From an uncultured Desulfobacter sp. (GTDB lineage Bacteria; Desulfobacterota; Desulfobacteria; Desulfobacterales; Desulfobacteraceae), in contig OY762069.1 in NCBI GenBank assembly GCA_963665095.1, positions 800,001-864,000 on the forward strand: a stretch of 64,000 nucleotides of DNA, in the 5' to 3' direction. Below the pieces are notes generated by a model. The model saw only the letters and a program-made list of their open reading frames with translations. It was not told the DNA's origin and ran no database searches. Both the position numbers and the translations under genes were made by a program. Below are positions 8,515 to 19,292 of the stretch, in pieces; within the stretch, counting starts at the first letter, position 1, and every line of letters begins with the position of its first letter.

Positions 8515-10164
8515 ATGTTTTCTGAAACCCTGGAAATAAGCCTCTCGCTGGAAATTAGTGGCAAGTTATGCGAGATCCCCGGAGGTAACGTTCAGTTGTT
8601 TGAACTTGATCTTTATCCTTATGGATTCAGGGGGCGGGTTGGATTTGGTGTTCTTTTGGATGCAACTGAGGTGGATGAGCTGTTTGAACCATTTATTACC
8701 CATGATCTGATAACCGTTCAATTTCAGGTCAACCGGACAGACGACCTGCTTGACGATTCACCCAAGCCAGTTTCCGTTAAAGGTCTTGTAACGGAAAAGT
8801 CCATGAGAGAGACGGAATATAAAGAGGTGAAAAAGGAAAAGGTCCTGTGCCGATATTATGAAGTCTGGTTCCAGGATGGCCCCAGCATGTTGTGGCGCCA
8901 GCACTATCCTGTGGCGCTTTATACAGAGAAGACCATAGCCGATGTAGTTAAGGAACAGGTTGCTGAAAATATTTTATTTGAGATTGAAAAAGGTATCCTG
9001 GAAGATATGCCGGATATGGTTTTTCTCGGGCTGGAAAAACGGATTGAGGGACCCTGTTTTTATGATTTTTTGATGTGGTTGTCATGGTTCAGAAGTGTTG
9101 TTCCGGTTTATGATTACGAAGCTCAAAAACTCAAACTGATCAAGACAAAAAAAGACGCAGACTTAACAGGGGAGGTGGACAATTTCCTTTACCCCAATGA
9201 GGTGGATGATATTTTGATTCAGTTTCCGGAGACAGTCCGGCATGATACGCGGCTTCTTAATGCATATTTCGATCCTGAGATGGCCCAGACCATAGATAAG
9301 TTCCAGGATCAGAAACTGGATTACAGCCAGGCTGCTGAGGGGATTACCCAGGATATTGTTTTAAGGACACCTCGTGAAGAGGACTTAGATAAACGAAAAG
9401 AGCTGGAAACAAATATTTTCAACCTGTTTGAAGAAAAATTGCTTTTTGAGATGGATCAGTTTCCTTCCAGAACCTGCCTGATTGGTTACATGCTGAAACT
9501 GGATGAAAATCACTGGGCCAAGGATCGGTTTATTTTTGGTAAAAAATACAGGGTGTATGAAATCCATATGTCTGGGAAAGCTGAAGATGAGAACCTGTCG
9601 GGAAACTACAACAACGAATATGCCAAATACAATATGGAAATGAGTATCCGCCTGGAACCGGAAACATGCCCTCAGATCCACTTTCCAACCTTTAAATCCC
9701 CCAATTATCCAGTTTTTGTGGAAGGAAAAATCGTCAGTGAAGTGGGGGAAGAGACAGATAAAACCTATCAGTTTTACAATAACGACACCACATCCCAGGA
9801 TGAATACACCGTTTATGTGCCATTGTGGGATTTGAATATCAAGGCACCGTTTGTTCCAGGTATTTTTACCGGCCATTTTTATTTTCCCGCATTCAGAGAT
9901 GCCCGGGTTTTACTGGCGCTCTATTTTGACCATGCCGAAATATTGCGCTTTCTAGACTGGGGCCAGGGATCCAGGCTTCCCATGGATACCCAGGGCAACC
10001 ATATTCTGTTCGGCAAAAATGCTGACAGCCAGACCTCAATGCGGCATGTGTATGATAACGGCAAGCCCGAACTGACCATTGAACGGACCAGTGACAAGGA
10101 CACGGAGCTGATTCAGATCAAGGAAGAAACCATTATCATTCAAACCAGGGATAAGGAAGAATAA
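8515..10164 (+). CDS. VgrG N-terminal-like hub protein (gp27 + OB-fold; PdpA-like), lacking long beta-helix
   Basis: 549 aa; RYYEVWFQD...LWRQH and VFVEGKIVS...GHFYFPAFRDARVLL segments correspond to VgrG gp27/OB regions; ends after a few short strands. Confidence 0.65.
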   Translation: MFSETLEISLSLEISGKLCEIPGGNVQLFELDLYPYGFRGRVGFGVLLDATEVDELFEPFITHDLITVQFQVNRTDDLLDDSPKPVSVKGLVTEKSMRETEYKEVKKEKVLCRYYEVWFQDGPSMLWRQHYPVALYTEKTIADVVKEQVAENILFEIEKGILEDMPDMVFLGLEKRIEGPCFYDFLMWLSWFRSVVPVYDYEAQKLKLIKTKKDADLTGEVDNFLYPNEVDDILIQFPETVRHDTRLLNAYFDPEMAQTIDKFQDQKLDYSQAAEGITQDIVLRTPREEDLDKRKELETNIFNLFEEKLLFEMDQFPSRTCLIGYMLKLDENHWAKDRFIFGKKYRVYEIHMSGKAEDENLSGNYNNEYAKYNMEMSIRLEPETCPQIHFPTFKSPNYPVFVEGKIVSEVGEETDKTYQFYNNDTTSQDEYTVYVPLWDLNIKAPFVPGIFTGHFYFPAFRDARVLLALYFDHAEILRFLDWGQGSRLPMDTQGNHILFGKNADSQTSMRHVYDNGKPELTIERTSDKDTELIQIKEETIIIQTRDKEE

Positions 10165-10259
10165 GGCTGCCTTAAGTGAAAAGGCCATGTATGCAACTAA
10201 AATTTAAGAAAATATAGAAATCATCATGTACGTTAATTAATTACAGATGGAGGAACGCC

Positions 10260-12860
10260 GTGATAATTGAAAATTTTTCAATGAAAGCCCAGGGTGCCAT
10301 TGAAAGTGCCTGTCGTCTGGCCGTTAAAAAAGAACATCAGAATGTCACCCCCTGGCACATGCTGGCCGGGATACTTGAATTTGAGCAGGGCAAGGCTGTG
10401 GCGCCCCTGTTCGAGAGTGCCGGTGTGGATGCGTCGTCCCTTGAAAACCGGATCAATTCCCATCTGTTAACCCTTGCCAAGGCCTCTTCCGACAGCCAGG
10501 AAACGCCCATGAACCGTGAGCTGGAAAAAATATTTATCCGGGCGGAAGAGGAGGTGGATGCCTCAGGGGATAAATATATCGGCATGAGCCATATCCTTCT
10601 GGCCATGCTGGAGAACAAAGACATTGCAGAGGCTTTTCAGGAAGCCGGTGCCGGCAAGGAGGCCTTTTCAAAGGCATTAAAGGAAGGTGGAAAGGGGTTT
10701 GGCAAAGGCGGCAAGCTGTCCCAGGATTTTGAATATCTCAACACCTATACCACGGATCTGACGGCCCGGGCCAGGGAAGGCGGGTTTGACCCCATTATCG
10801 GCCGGGACAATGACATCCAGCTCATTGTCCAGGTATTAAGCCGCAGAATTAAAAGCAACCCGGTGGTCATTGGCGAGCCTGGTGTGGGGAAAACAGCCAT
10901 TGTGGAGGGCCTGGCCCAGCGCATTGCAAAAAAAGAGGTGCCCAAGGATCTGGAAAATGTCACCATCCTGGCCCTGGATATGGGCCAGCTTCTGGCTGGG
11001 GCCAAATTCAGGGGCGAGTTTGAAGAGCGCTTCAAACGGGTGATCCAGGAGATCACCGATGCCGGGGATATCATTTTATATATTGACGAGCTTCACATGA
11101 TTGTCGGCGCCGGCGGTGGTTCAGAAGGGGCCATGGATGCGGCCAACCTGCTGAAACCCGCACTGTCCAGAGGCGAGATCCGGTGCATGGGCTCCACCAC
11201 CCTGGAAGAGTATCGCAAGTATATTGAAAAGGATACGGCCCTGATGCGACGGTTTCAGACGGTCATGGTGGCAGAACCCACGGTGGATGAAACCCTGACC
11301 ATTCTTCGGGGCATCAAGGAAAAATATGAAATGCACCACGGTGTCCATATCATGGATTCAGCGCTCACCGCGGCAGCCAAGCTTTCCCACCGCTATATAA
11401 CAGACCGGTTCCTGCCGGATAAAGCCATTGACCTCATCGACCAGACCGCAGCCACAGTCCGTATAGAGCTTGCCTCCAAGCCCAAAGAAATTGAGGCCCT
11501 GGACCGTAAAATTGTCCAGCACAAAATAGAGCTTCGTGCCCTGGAAAATGAGACCGATGAAAAAATGGTCGCAAAAATGGAAGAGACCCGTGCCATCCTG
11601 TCGGAACTTGAAGCGGAAAGCGGGAAACTGACTGAAAAATGGGAAAAAGAGAAAAATGCCATTACTGCCGTTCAGGAAGCTACCAGGGAACTCGAGGCTG
11701 CCAGAAAAGAGTTGGAAGTCAAGATTGCCGAAGAGGATTTCGCCCGGGTGGCCGCCCTGCAGTATAAGGTGATCCCCAAACACGAAAAGATCCTTGAAGA
11801 GTATGCAGATATTGATGTGTCCGATTCAAAATTTGCCGCCAGGGGCATCACGGACCAGGATGTGGCCGGCACCGTGGCTGAACTCACAGGTATCCCTGTC
11901 TCCAAAATGATGGGTGAGGAAAAAGACCGGCTGATTCATCTGGAGGAACATCTGCAGAAACGGGTCAAGGGCCAGGATCACATCACCGAAGTCATTGCCA
12001 AGGCCGTGCGGCGGGCAAGAGCCGGGGTCCAGGATGCCCAGCGCCCCATGGCCTCCTTTCTCATGCTCGGCCCCACCGGCGTGGGCAAAACCGAGCTTGC
12101 CAAGACACTGGCTGAGTTCATGTTCAATGACGAAGCCGCCATGATCCGTTTTGACATGAGCGAATTTATGGAAAAACACTCTGTGGCACGGCTGGTGGGA
12201 GCCCCTCCCGGATATGTGGGCTATGATGAAGGCGGCCTTCTGACCAACAAAGTTCGGCGCAAACCCTATTCCGTTATTTTGTTTGACGAGGTGGAAAAAG
12301 CCCATCCTGATGTGTTTAACCTCTTCCTTCAGCTTTTTGACGACGGAAGGCTCTCAGACAGCCAGGGTCAGGTGATTAATTTCACCAATACCATTGTGAT
12401 TATGACATCCAACCTGGGTGCAGATCATATTGCCCCGGTTGAAACCGAGGAAGAGGAAAAGGCCATGAATCAGGCGGTGATGGAGGCTGTCCGTTCCCAT
12501 TTCCGGCCAGAATTTCTGAACCGGCTGGATGATATTCTCATGTTCAAACAGCTCACCATGGAGGTGATGAAGCCCATCGTCAATATCCAGCTTGCAAGGC
12601 TTGAAAAACTTCTGGCCGATAAACAGATCAGTCTTCATGTGGCAGAGGAGGCCAAGGAGCTTCTGGCAAAGGAAGGCTATAATCCGTTATATGGTGCAAG
12701 GCCTTTGAAACGCGTGATTCAGAGCCGTCTGCAGGATCTTCTGGCAGAAAAAATTATTCAGGAGGAGATCAAAGAAGACCAGACTGTGTACGTATCAACC
12801 CAGGATGACGATCTTGTGATTAACACGGATGAACCCGCGGAATCGGAAGAAATTCAGTAA
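10260..12860 (+). CDS. clpB: ClpB-type AAA+ ATPase, T6SS-encoded (TssH role)
   Basis: GTG start with GGAGG RBS; Walker A GEPGVGKT and [27 protein letters not shown]; full coiled-coil M-domain; TAATG coupling to tssM. Confidence 0.9.
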   Translation: MIIENFSMKAQGAIESACRLAVKKEHQNVTPWHMLAGILEFEQGKAVAPLFESAGVDASSLENRINSHLLTLAKASSDSQETPMNRELEKIFIRAEEEVDASGDKYIGMSHILLAMLENKDIAEAFQEAGAGKEAFSKALKEGGKGFGKGGKLSQDFEYLNTYTTDLTARAREGGFDPIIGRDNDIQLIVQVLSRRIKSNPVVIGEPGVGKTAIVEGLAQRIAKKEVPKDLENVTILALDMGQLLAGAKFRGEFEERFKRVIQEITDAGDIILYIDELHMIVGAGGGSEGAMDAANLLKPALSRGEIRCMGSTTLEEYRKYIEKDTALMRRFQTVMVAEPTVDETLTILRGIKEKYEMHHGVHIMDSALTAAAKLSHRYITDRFLPDKAIDLIDQTAATVRIELASKPKEIEALDRKIVQHKIELRALENETDEKMVAKMEETRAILSELEAESGKLTEKWEKEKNAITAVQEATRELEAARKELEVKIAEEDFARVAALQYKVIPKHEKILEEYADIDVSDSKFAARGITDQDVAGTVAELTGIPVSKMMGEEKDRLIHLEEHLQKRVKGQDHITEVIAKAVRRARAGVQDAQRPMASFLMLGPTGVGKTELAKTLAEFMFNDEAAMIRFDMSEFMEKHSVARLVGAPPGYVGYDEGGLLTNKVRRKPYSVILFDEVEKAHPDVFNLFLQLFDDGRLSDSQGQVINFTNTIVIMTSNLGADHIAPVETEEEEKAMNQAVMEAVRSHFRPEFLNRLDDILMFKQLTMEVMKPIVNIQLARLEKLLADKQISLHVAEEAKELLAKEGYNPLYGARPLKRVIQSRLQDLLAEKIIQEEIKEDQTVYVSTQDDDLVINTDEPAESEEIQ

Positions 12861-15800
12861 TGAAACTGATAAAAAAAATATTTGCCAATCCTTACGTCAA
12901 AAAGGTATTGCCCTCAGATCCCTGGGTGCTGGCAGCGGTGATCGCCGTTGCCATTCTTCTGGGACTACTGATTTACCTGATTATAAAGCGCAGGAAAAAG
13001 GCAAAGGATCCGGCACCTGAAGCAAAGGAAAAGCAGGATTTTCTCAAACCCAACAGCCTGGTTCGTGTGTGGAAGAATTTTTTAAGGGATGTGCCTGTCC
13101 GTTTCAGGCGGTCCATACTCATGTACCAGCCATATATTGTCATGGGTGAGGCCGGCTCCGGTAAAAGCCAGCTCATTAACAACTATTCCGACTGGAAAAA
13201 TCAGGCCAATCAGTTCTATCCCAGCCGCACCCAGGACGATCTGCTGCAGATTTACCTGGGGTCAAGGGTGCTTGTGCAGGAGATATCTGCTGTCCTGCTC
13301 CACGATATTTCTGCCCCCACAAGAAAGGCACTTGTTAACCTGTGGAAACGGTTCAGACATAAAAACAACCTGACAGTTGTCATTACCCTGAAAGGCGAAG
13401 ATCTGATCCATAAAGACCCTGATGAATTCAAGGCCCAGGCCCAGATGCTCCGGGGTAAGGTCAATGTCTTATCTGAGATCATCAGGCAGCCTGTTAAAGT
13501 TAAAATTGCACTGACGTTTATGAACAGGGTGCAGGGGTTTTCTGAATTCTCAGCATTTATGAATAAAAACCAGGCCCCCTTTGAGTTTGATATCAAAAGC
13601 CAGGGTGATTTAAAGGGCCTGGCAAATTTAATGGCCCCCTACGACGCCTTTATTTCCAACGCCCTGGTGTCGGCACCAGCAAAGGATTACCTGAATATCC
13701 TGGCGTTTTACCGGAAGGCGCCCAAACTTTTGGCCGGACTGGAACGGTTTATTCACACGTTTACAGACCCGGAGCCTTTGTCTGTCTCCCCGCAGATCTG
13801 CGGTGTGTTTTTTACAGACGATTCCCCCCTTGAGGACAGGCCCTATTCCAATCCTTTGCAGAATCAGGTCTCCATTAAAACTGTCCGGGAATACCATCCC
13901 TTAAGAAAACATCAGTGGATTGCGGCCGGCATTGCGATTGCCGGTACCCTGTTTCTCGCGTTTTCATATACATATAAAGACCGGCAGGTTCGTGAGATGA
14001 TGGACAGCCTGGACCGTATCAGTTTTGATGCAATAAAGACCGGTGCCCCGGTCAGCAGGGATACCTGCCTGGCCCAGGCAGAACTGCTGATGTCAAATAT
14101 GGAGAAACTGTCTGCCCGGAAACTGGATGACCGGTTTATTGTTGATTTTTTCCCGGACGCCAAAGACAGGATTGATAGGCGGGTTGCCCGGACCAGGCAC
14201 TCCCTGCAGGAACAGTTGATTAAAAGAGTATTTATGCCGGAACTTGTGTTGCTTGAGAACCGGCCGGATGCCCATAACAAAAACCTGATGTTACTGGGCT
14301 TAATCTATGCGTCAGGCACCAATCAGCTCGGAAAACTTATTGAGAACAACCTTAATCTCTGGTGCCGGATCTGCAATCTGCCTGAAACGGTTATTTCCGA
14401 ATATATCCGGCTGAACCCGCGCGCATGGGACAGAAAAATAAGCATCCAGGGATTTCTCAAACCGGCAGCAGGAACAGCCGAGACCATTAAAAATCAGTCC
14501 TGGGTGCTGTTTCTTAAAAAAATTGAAAAAGTGATCAACCAGACCCATGTCAGTCCAAGAAATCTGGCCCGGCTTCAAAAACAGGCAGCGTCACACTGGA
14601 CTGAAGTTGAAGAGAGTCTGACCGCTGACTGGTTTGCCAAGGTGTCAACACTGTTATCCAGGGAAACGGTTTTAGCAGATGATATGCAGTCATTGGAATC
14701 ATCCGTCAGTAAAAACGATTTAGGGCGGTTCCAGACATTTTTAGCCTATTTCCAGGGCCTGGCCATTGTCTACCCCGATGTGGCGCATATGACCATTGCC
14801 CAGCTTTTCGAGCGGCTTGAAGGAATGATGGCGTTTAAAAGTCCGGATAAGGAAGAATTCCAGTTCCGGGTCAATGAACAGTCCTGGTATTTTAACTCGG
14901 ACGACTTCACCCTGCTTATGACCAAGAGCAGTATGGTTCAACTGTTAGGTGAATACGTCGCCACCCACGGCCGTCATCCCGGACTTGCCTTTTTCCAGGA
15001 CCGGGAGGGATATGAAGATCTTGTGGTGGATATATCATCGGATGATAATTTTTATTTTTCCAAACGCACGGTGATTGACGGGCGATATACCCGGGATGTA
15101 TATGATTCCGAAATCAAACCCATACTTTCCGAGCTGCCGGCCCTTCTGGATAAACTGCCGGTGAGCCGGGCTGATAAAGGCCATTTTTCAAGTTTTATGT
15201 CCAGGGAGGTGGCGGCCTATATTAACGCCTATCTTTCTGCCTATGAGAACTATTATAAAGGATTTCGCATCCATGCGGATTCTGTGGGAGAGCTGCGGTA
15301 TATGCTGACCCAGATGAGCCTGCCTCTATCCCAGTTCCAGGAATTTTTAATGGTTATCAATGATAATATATCCCTGGATCTCGGAGACAACTCCTATTTC
15401 AGTCTGATTAAAAACAGGATGCGTCCCTTACGGTTTATCTCTTTGCTCATGCAGGCAGACAAAGATCAATATCCTGAGTTTGAAAAGTATAAAGCCATTT
15501 TAAGACAGATCAATGAAGACCTGGTGGCCCAGGATGCACCGGAAGAGGCAACTGAAGAAAACGGGGAGGACCTTCAACTGCTGAAGTCGCGCCTGTCTGC
15601 CGTGGGAAGGATCAGCCTTGATATTTTTCTGGACAGGCCTGAATCCTATTATAAAATGGTCAGAAAATGGTCCGTAAGTGTGGGGATTCCTGAAAATTGG
15701 CTTTATCCTTTTACCGAGCCTGTGATTCAGGCATATCTCATCGGTCGGGAGCAGATCGAAAAAAGCGTTGCCGGTCAGTGGCAGACCCTGTCCCGGACCT

Positions 15801-16471
15801 ATATTGACCCGGTTTTAGCCTGCTTTCCATTTAATCCGGACAGTCCCACGCCCGTTTCTTTGGCGGCAATGACCGCCCTTGCATCGCCAAACAAGGACTT
15901 CTGGAGCAGGTTTTCAAGCGGAATTCGTCCTTTTTATAAAAAAGGGCCTGACAATAAATGGAAGGCCCGGACCTTTGACAAAGGCCGTTTGAACCTGCCC
16001 GGCGAAATTGTCCCACGGATCAATTTCATCAGCACGCTGACCCGGACCTTTTTTGATGAAAACGGCCTGCCTGCACCGCTTTATTTGTCTGTCAAACCCG
16101 AACCTCTGCCACCGGTTGAGGAAGATATGCTGTTTGTGGTGCTGTCATATCTTAGATCCGGAGAAAATACGGTTTTTGGCTTTAATCAGCAGCCTGTCTG
16201 GAACAAGCTCAAGCTTCCATGGTGGGAAGAGCTCGACGCCAGTGTCGGGGCGGAATTCATGAAGAAACTGGATAAACCGGAAAAAAGTTACGCACAGGTC
16301 AGTGTACCCCGCTCTTTTTTCAGTTTTTACAGACTGCTGCAAAAAGCGGATACGTCTGAACCCGGGAAGTGGATGTGGGCCATTGAAAGTCCGGGTGAGG
16401 TGCCCTGGAAGCGGGCCATTACATTTACCATAAAACAGGACCCATGGGCGTTTTTTAAACCGGCAGAATAA
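12860..16471 (+). CDS. tssM: T6SS membrane complex TssM/IcmF (PdpB-like)
   Basis: 1203 aa; N-terminal TM, Walker A GEAGSGKS, second TM (WIAAGIAIAGTLFLAFSY), large periplasmic region; context. Confidence 0.75.
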   Translation: MKLIKKIFANPYVKKVLPSDPWVLAAVIAVAILLGLLIYLIIKRRKKAKDPAPEAKEKQDFLKPNSLVRVWKNFLRDVPVRFRRSILMYQPYIVMGEAGSGKSQLINNYSDWKNQANQFYPSRTQDDLLQIYLGSRVLVQEISAVLLHDISAPTRKALVNLWKRFRHKNNLTVVITLKGEDLIHKDPDEFKAQAQMLRGKVNVLSEIIRQPVKVKIALTFMNRVQGFSEFSAFMNKNQAPFEFDIKSQGDLKGLANLMAPYDAFISNALVSAPAKDYLNILAFYRKAPKLLAGLERFIHTFTDPEPLSVSPQICGVFFTDDSPLEDRPYSNPLQNQVSIKTVREYHPLRKHQWIAAGIAIAGTLFLAFSYTYKDRQVREMMDSLDRISFDAIKTGAPVSRDTCLAQAELLMSNMEKLSARKLDDRFIVDFFPDAKDRIDRRVARTRHSLQEQLIKRVFMPELVLLENRPDAHNKNLMLLGLIYASGTNQLGKLIENNLNLWCRICNLPETVISEYIRLNPRAWDRKISIQGFLKPAAGTAETIKNQSWVLFLKKIEKVINQTHVSPRNLARLQKQAASHWTEVEESLTADWFAKVSTLLSRETVLADDMQSLESSVSKNDLGRFQTFLAYFQGLAIVYPDVAHMTIAQLFERLEGMMAFKSPDKEEFQFRVNEQSWYFNSDDFTLLMTKSSMVQLLGEYVATHGRHPGLAFFQDREGYEDLVVDISSDDNFYFSKRTVIDGRYTRDVYDSEIKPILSELPALLDKLPVSRADKGHFSSFMSREVAAYINAYLSAYENYYKGFRIHADSVGELRYMLTQMSLPLSQFQEFLMVINDNISLDLGDNSYFSLIKNRMRPLRFISLLMQADKDQYPEFEKYKAILRQINEDLVAQDAPEEATEENGEDLQLLKSRLSAVGRISLDIFLDRPESYYKMVRKWSVSVGIPENWLYPFTEPVIQAYLIGREQIEKSVAGQWQTLSRTYIDPVLACFPFNPDSPTPVSLAAMTALASPNKDFWSRFSSGIRPFYKKGPDNKWKARTFDKGRLNLPGEIVPRINFISTLTRTFFDENGLPAPLYLSVKPEPLPPVEEDMLFVVLSYLRSGENTVFGFNQQPVWNKLKLPWWEELDASVGAEFMKKLDKPEKSYAQVSVPRSFFSFYRLLQKADTSEPGKWMWAIESPGEVPWKRAITFTIKQDPWAFFKPAE

Positions 16472-16496
16472 ATGCCACTGGAGAGTTAAAATCTAA

Positions 16497-16958
16497 ATGA
16501 AAGTATCCACAACAGTTTACCGCTTACGATGTGCAAAGATGTTCCGGATATCAGGAGCAGTCATGGTGCTGACGTTCATGCTTTTGATAGGCATAGGGTG
16601 CGGGGCAAAGCAGCCGGTGTTGAAATTCCAGGTGAAGTCAGATGAGACAGTTAACAACGGCCAGCCTGTTTATATCGTCATCCGGACGGTTACCCCCAGT
16701 GATTTTGTCTCTCAGGATTATCAGAGTGTGGCCTCCATGGTCATGCAGAACCCTCCGGATAAAACCGTTGTATTCACGCAGCTGATCCTGCCGGACCGCA
16801 AAATTAAATTTAAAGTGAATAAGCCGGATAACCAGTCCCTGGCTGTGTACTGCATGTTTACCGAGCCTGACCCTGCGCAATGGAAGGTGTTTTTACAAAA
16901 ACCCCTTGAAAAGAAATATAAATTTATCCTGGAAGAGAACAATCTATTATTAAAATAG
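16497..16958 (+). CDS. tssJ: T6SS lipoprotein TssJ (IglE-like)
   Basis: Lipobox IGIGC; NNGQPVYIVIR, F..QDYQSV, LAVYCMF, WKVFL match the TssJ fold pattern; follows tssM. Start may be downstream. Confidence 0.7.
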   Translation: MKVSTTVYRLRCAKMFRISGAVMVLTFMLLIGIGCGAKQPVLKFQVKSDETVNNGQPVYIVIRTVTPSDFVSQDYQSVASMVMQNPPDKTVVFTQLILPDRKIKFKVNKPDNQSLAVYCMFTEPDPAQWKVFLQKPLEKKYKFILEENNLLLK

Positions 16959-16991
16959 TGCCGTTTAAGCCCCCGGAAGGTTAAAAGGACA

Positions 16992-18698
16992 ATGACCCAA
17001 CATTACACGCCCGAACAGCTTGCCAAAACCATGGACCTTGAGCAGTTTGCGGCGCCGACGCCCATTGCATGGCTGGAAGAGAGCTGGATTCATCCGGATG
17101 AATTCTGGCCGGCGTTATGGGCGTCTCACCAGGCAGCCATGGGTGTACCAGCCAAAAGCAGCCCTTTTGCCAGGTACGATTTTTTCCATGACCTGGTGGT
17201 CCGGAACCGGGAGCGGAAAAATCCGGCAATGATCTGGTATGATCCTTTAACCAAGCCTGATGACCCCTGGCAGCAGCTTTCATTTAAGGAGCTGGAAACA
17301 AAGGCCGGCCATATTGCCGCCGCATGGAAAGGGGCAGGGGTCAAGCCTGGTCAGGTGCTGTGTATTTTAGAGCACCCGGGGGATAAATTTTTAATACACC
17401 TTGCTGCCGGCTTGAAGTTAGGTGTTGTTCTGGCGTTTGTTCATCCAGGTCCCAGAACCTGGCTGGAAAAACAGATTGAGGCCCTTGATCCTGATTTTAT
17501 CTGTACTCAAGAGATCTATCTGTCCGAAGTTCAGCAATGGCAGGACAGGGTACTTGAACGATCCGGGCCAGGCATAGAAGACCATGTAAATTCCTACTCC
17601 TATTCGCGTGGAGAACCCGTGGCACTGATCTTTGACGCCATGTCCGAAGCACCGTTTGAACCCAGGCCTGTCAGTTCGGACCTGCTGTTTATGTGTGCGG
17701 TTCGTGACGGGTTCATGGGGTTGCGGCTCTTGGCCGGGGATATATTTACGGCCCCGGGATTTGAGACATGCCTGACCCAGCCCTGCTTTCTGCTGGCAGC
17801 CCTGGCCAACGGGAGTACCTATCTGCATCTGGATATGGCAGCCGTTGAAAATGATCCGTTGCTGCTCACCCGCTATCCTTTAAAAGTATTGGGAATCTGC
17901 CGGCAACTGCGTAATGTCCTTATGCAAAATCCCGTGGGCAAGGTGAAAATCTGGGATTCCTGGTTCCGGGACCCTGCCCAGGCTTCGGATATGGATGTAT
18001 GGGATCATTTTATCAAGAAACTGGCGCTGGAGGATGTACCTGCCGGTACCATGGTGTGGAATGCGGCTTTGGGCGGCTGTATCCTTTTTTCAAGACGGCG
18101 CAAGGGCCAGGCCCTGCAGAATGTGCTGCCCTGTGCCGGAAGATGCTGGCACAAAGCCATGCCGGCAAAGGCAGAGATTCCTGCGCTGGACGGTTTCGGC
18201 CTGTTATCTGTGGCAGCAACGCTGGATAACTTGGCAGAGGAATACTGTGCCAGTCCCTGTTTTCTGGCTGCCACCTATCTGGAGGATATTTTTCTGAAGC
18301 TGGATTTGCCGTCACGATATGGCTCTTTTTATCCGGGAGAGGTGGTTGAGGGGGTTGTGAAAAAAATTCCCGGATGCCGGGATTCGGTCATTGCAGAAGT
18401 GCCTGTGACCGGGAAGGGGGTGTTTTCAGAATTTCACCTGCTGGTTTTTTCAGCAAGGTTCCGGCCGGAAGACCTGGCAAAGACTGCTGAAAATTTAAGA
18501 CAGGCCATTGGGTTAGAGATAGGGAAAAAGTTTTTGCCTGACCAGATTAAATTTTTTCCCCTGGTGCCCCGCAGAGATGAGAACAATGAAGTTGACCGGG
18601 TGTGGTCTGTTGAACAGTATCTGTACGGCGGGCTTGAGCAGAAATCAAAGGATGCTGTTTTTCTGGGAATATCCAGATTAAGAGCGTTAATAACTTAA
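16992..18698 (+). CDS. AMP-binding (acetyl-CoA synthetase-like) fold protein with degenerate catalytic motifs
   Basis: SWIHPDEFW, PAMIWYD, LSFKEL, GVKPGQVL, KLGVV and FLPDQIKFFPLVPRR resemble ACS; P-loop and catalytic Lys motifs absent. Confidence 0.7.
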   Translation: MTQHYTPEQLAKTMDLEQFAAPTPIAWLEESWIHPDEFWPALWASHQAAMGVPAKSSPFARYDFFHDLVVRNRERKNPAMIWYDPLTKPDDPWQQLSFKELETKAGHIAAAWKGAGVKPGQVLCILEHPGDKFLIHLAAGLKLGVVLAFVHPGPRTWLEKQIEALDPDFICTQEIYLSEVQQWQDRVLERSGPGIEDHVNSYSYSRGEPVALIFDAMSEAPFEPRPVSSDLLFMCAVRDGFMGLRLLAGDIFTAPGFETCLTQPCFLLAALANGSTYLHLDMAAVENDPLLLTRYPLKVLGICRQLRNVLMQNPVGKVKIWDSWFRDPAQASDMDVWDHFIKKLALEDVPAGTMVWNAALGGCILFSRRRKGQALQNVLPCAGRCWHKAMPAKAEIPALDGFGLLSVAATLDNLAEEYCASPCFLAATYLEDIFLKLDLPSRYGSFYPGEVVEGVVKKIPGCRDSVIAEVPVTGKGVFSEFHLLVFSARFRPEDLAKTAENLRQAIGLEIGKKFLPDQIKFFPLVPRRDENNEVDRVWSVEQYLYGGLEQKSKDAVFLGISRLRALIT

Positions 18699-18738
18699 GA
18701 AAATGGACATGTTATAAACATAACTCAAAGGAGGTAGT

Positions 18739-19266
18739 ATGGCGATTCAGGATGAAATACCAAAATCCAGGTTAACCTTAAGGTACAAAACAGAGGTGAA
18801 CGGCCAGCCCGAAGACTTGACCCTGCCCATGCGGTTTCTGGTTACAGGTGATTTCTCCCAGGGCTCTTCCAAAGACCGCAAGGTGGATCTCGATGAGAGA
18901 AGTACCCGTAACATGAATGGGAAAAACACCGATGCCATAATGAAAGATATGGGAATTCGCCTTAATTACGCGGTTTCCAATAAAATCAATCCGGACCAGG
19001 AGGAGGATCTCCAGGTGGATCTGCCCTTTACCGGCATGAGATCTTTTTCTCCGGATGAGGTGGCCAAGAATGTGCCCAAAATCAAGGGACTGCTCAAGCT
19101 CAAGGAGCTTTTGGAAGAGGTGGTGTCCAATGTGGACAACCGCAAAGGGTATCGCAAACTGCTTGGTGAACTGATGGCGGATGAAGAGGCCTTGAAAAAG
19201 ATGATGGAAGAGCTCAAAGAGTTTGAGAGCTTTAAACTGCCTTCTGCAGGCGCAAAAACTGAATAA
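18739..19266 (+). CDS. tssB: T6SS contractile sheath small subunit TssB (IglA-like)
   Basis: IPKSRLTLRY...LPMRFLVTGDFS...FSPDEVAKNVP; GGAGG RBS. Confidence 0.95.
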   Translation: MAIQDEIPKSRLTLRYKTEVNGQPEDLTLPMRFLVTGDFSQGSSKDRKVDLDERSTRNMNGKNTDAIMKDMGIRLNYAVSNKINPDQEEDLQVDLPFTGMRSFSPDEVAKNVPKIKGLLKLKELLEEVVSNVDNRKGYRKLLGELMADEEALKKMMEELKEFESFKLPSAGAKTE

Positions 19267-19292
19267 CGGATAAACAATTAAGGAGAAATAAT

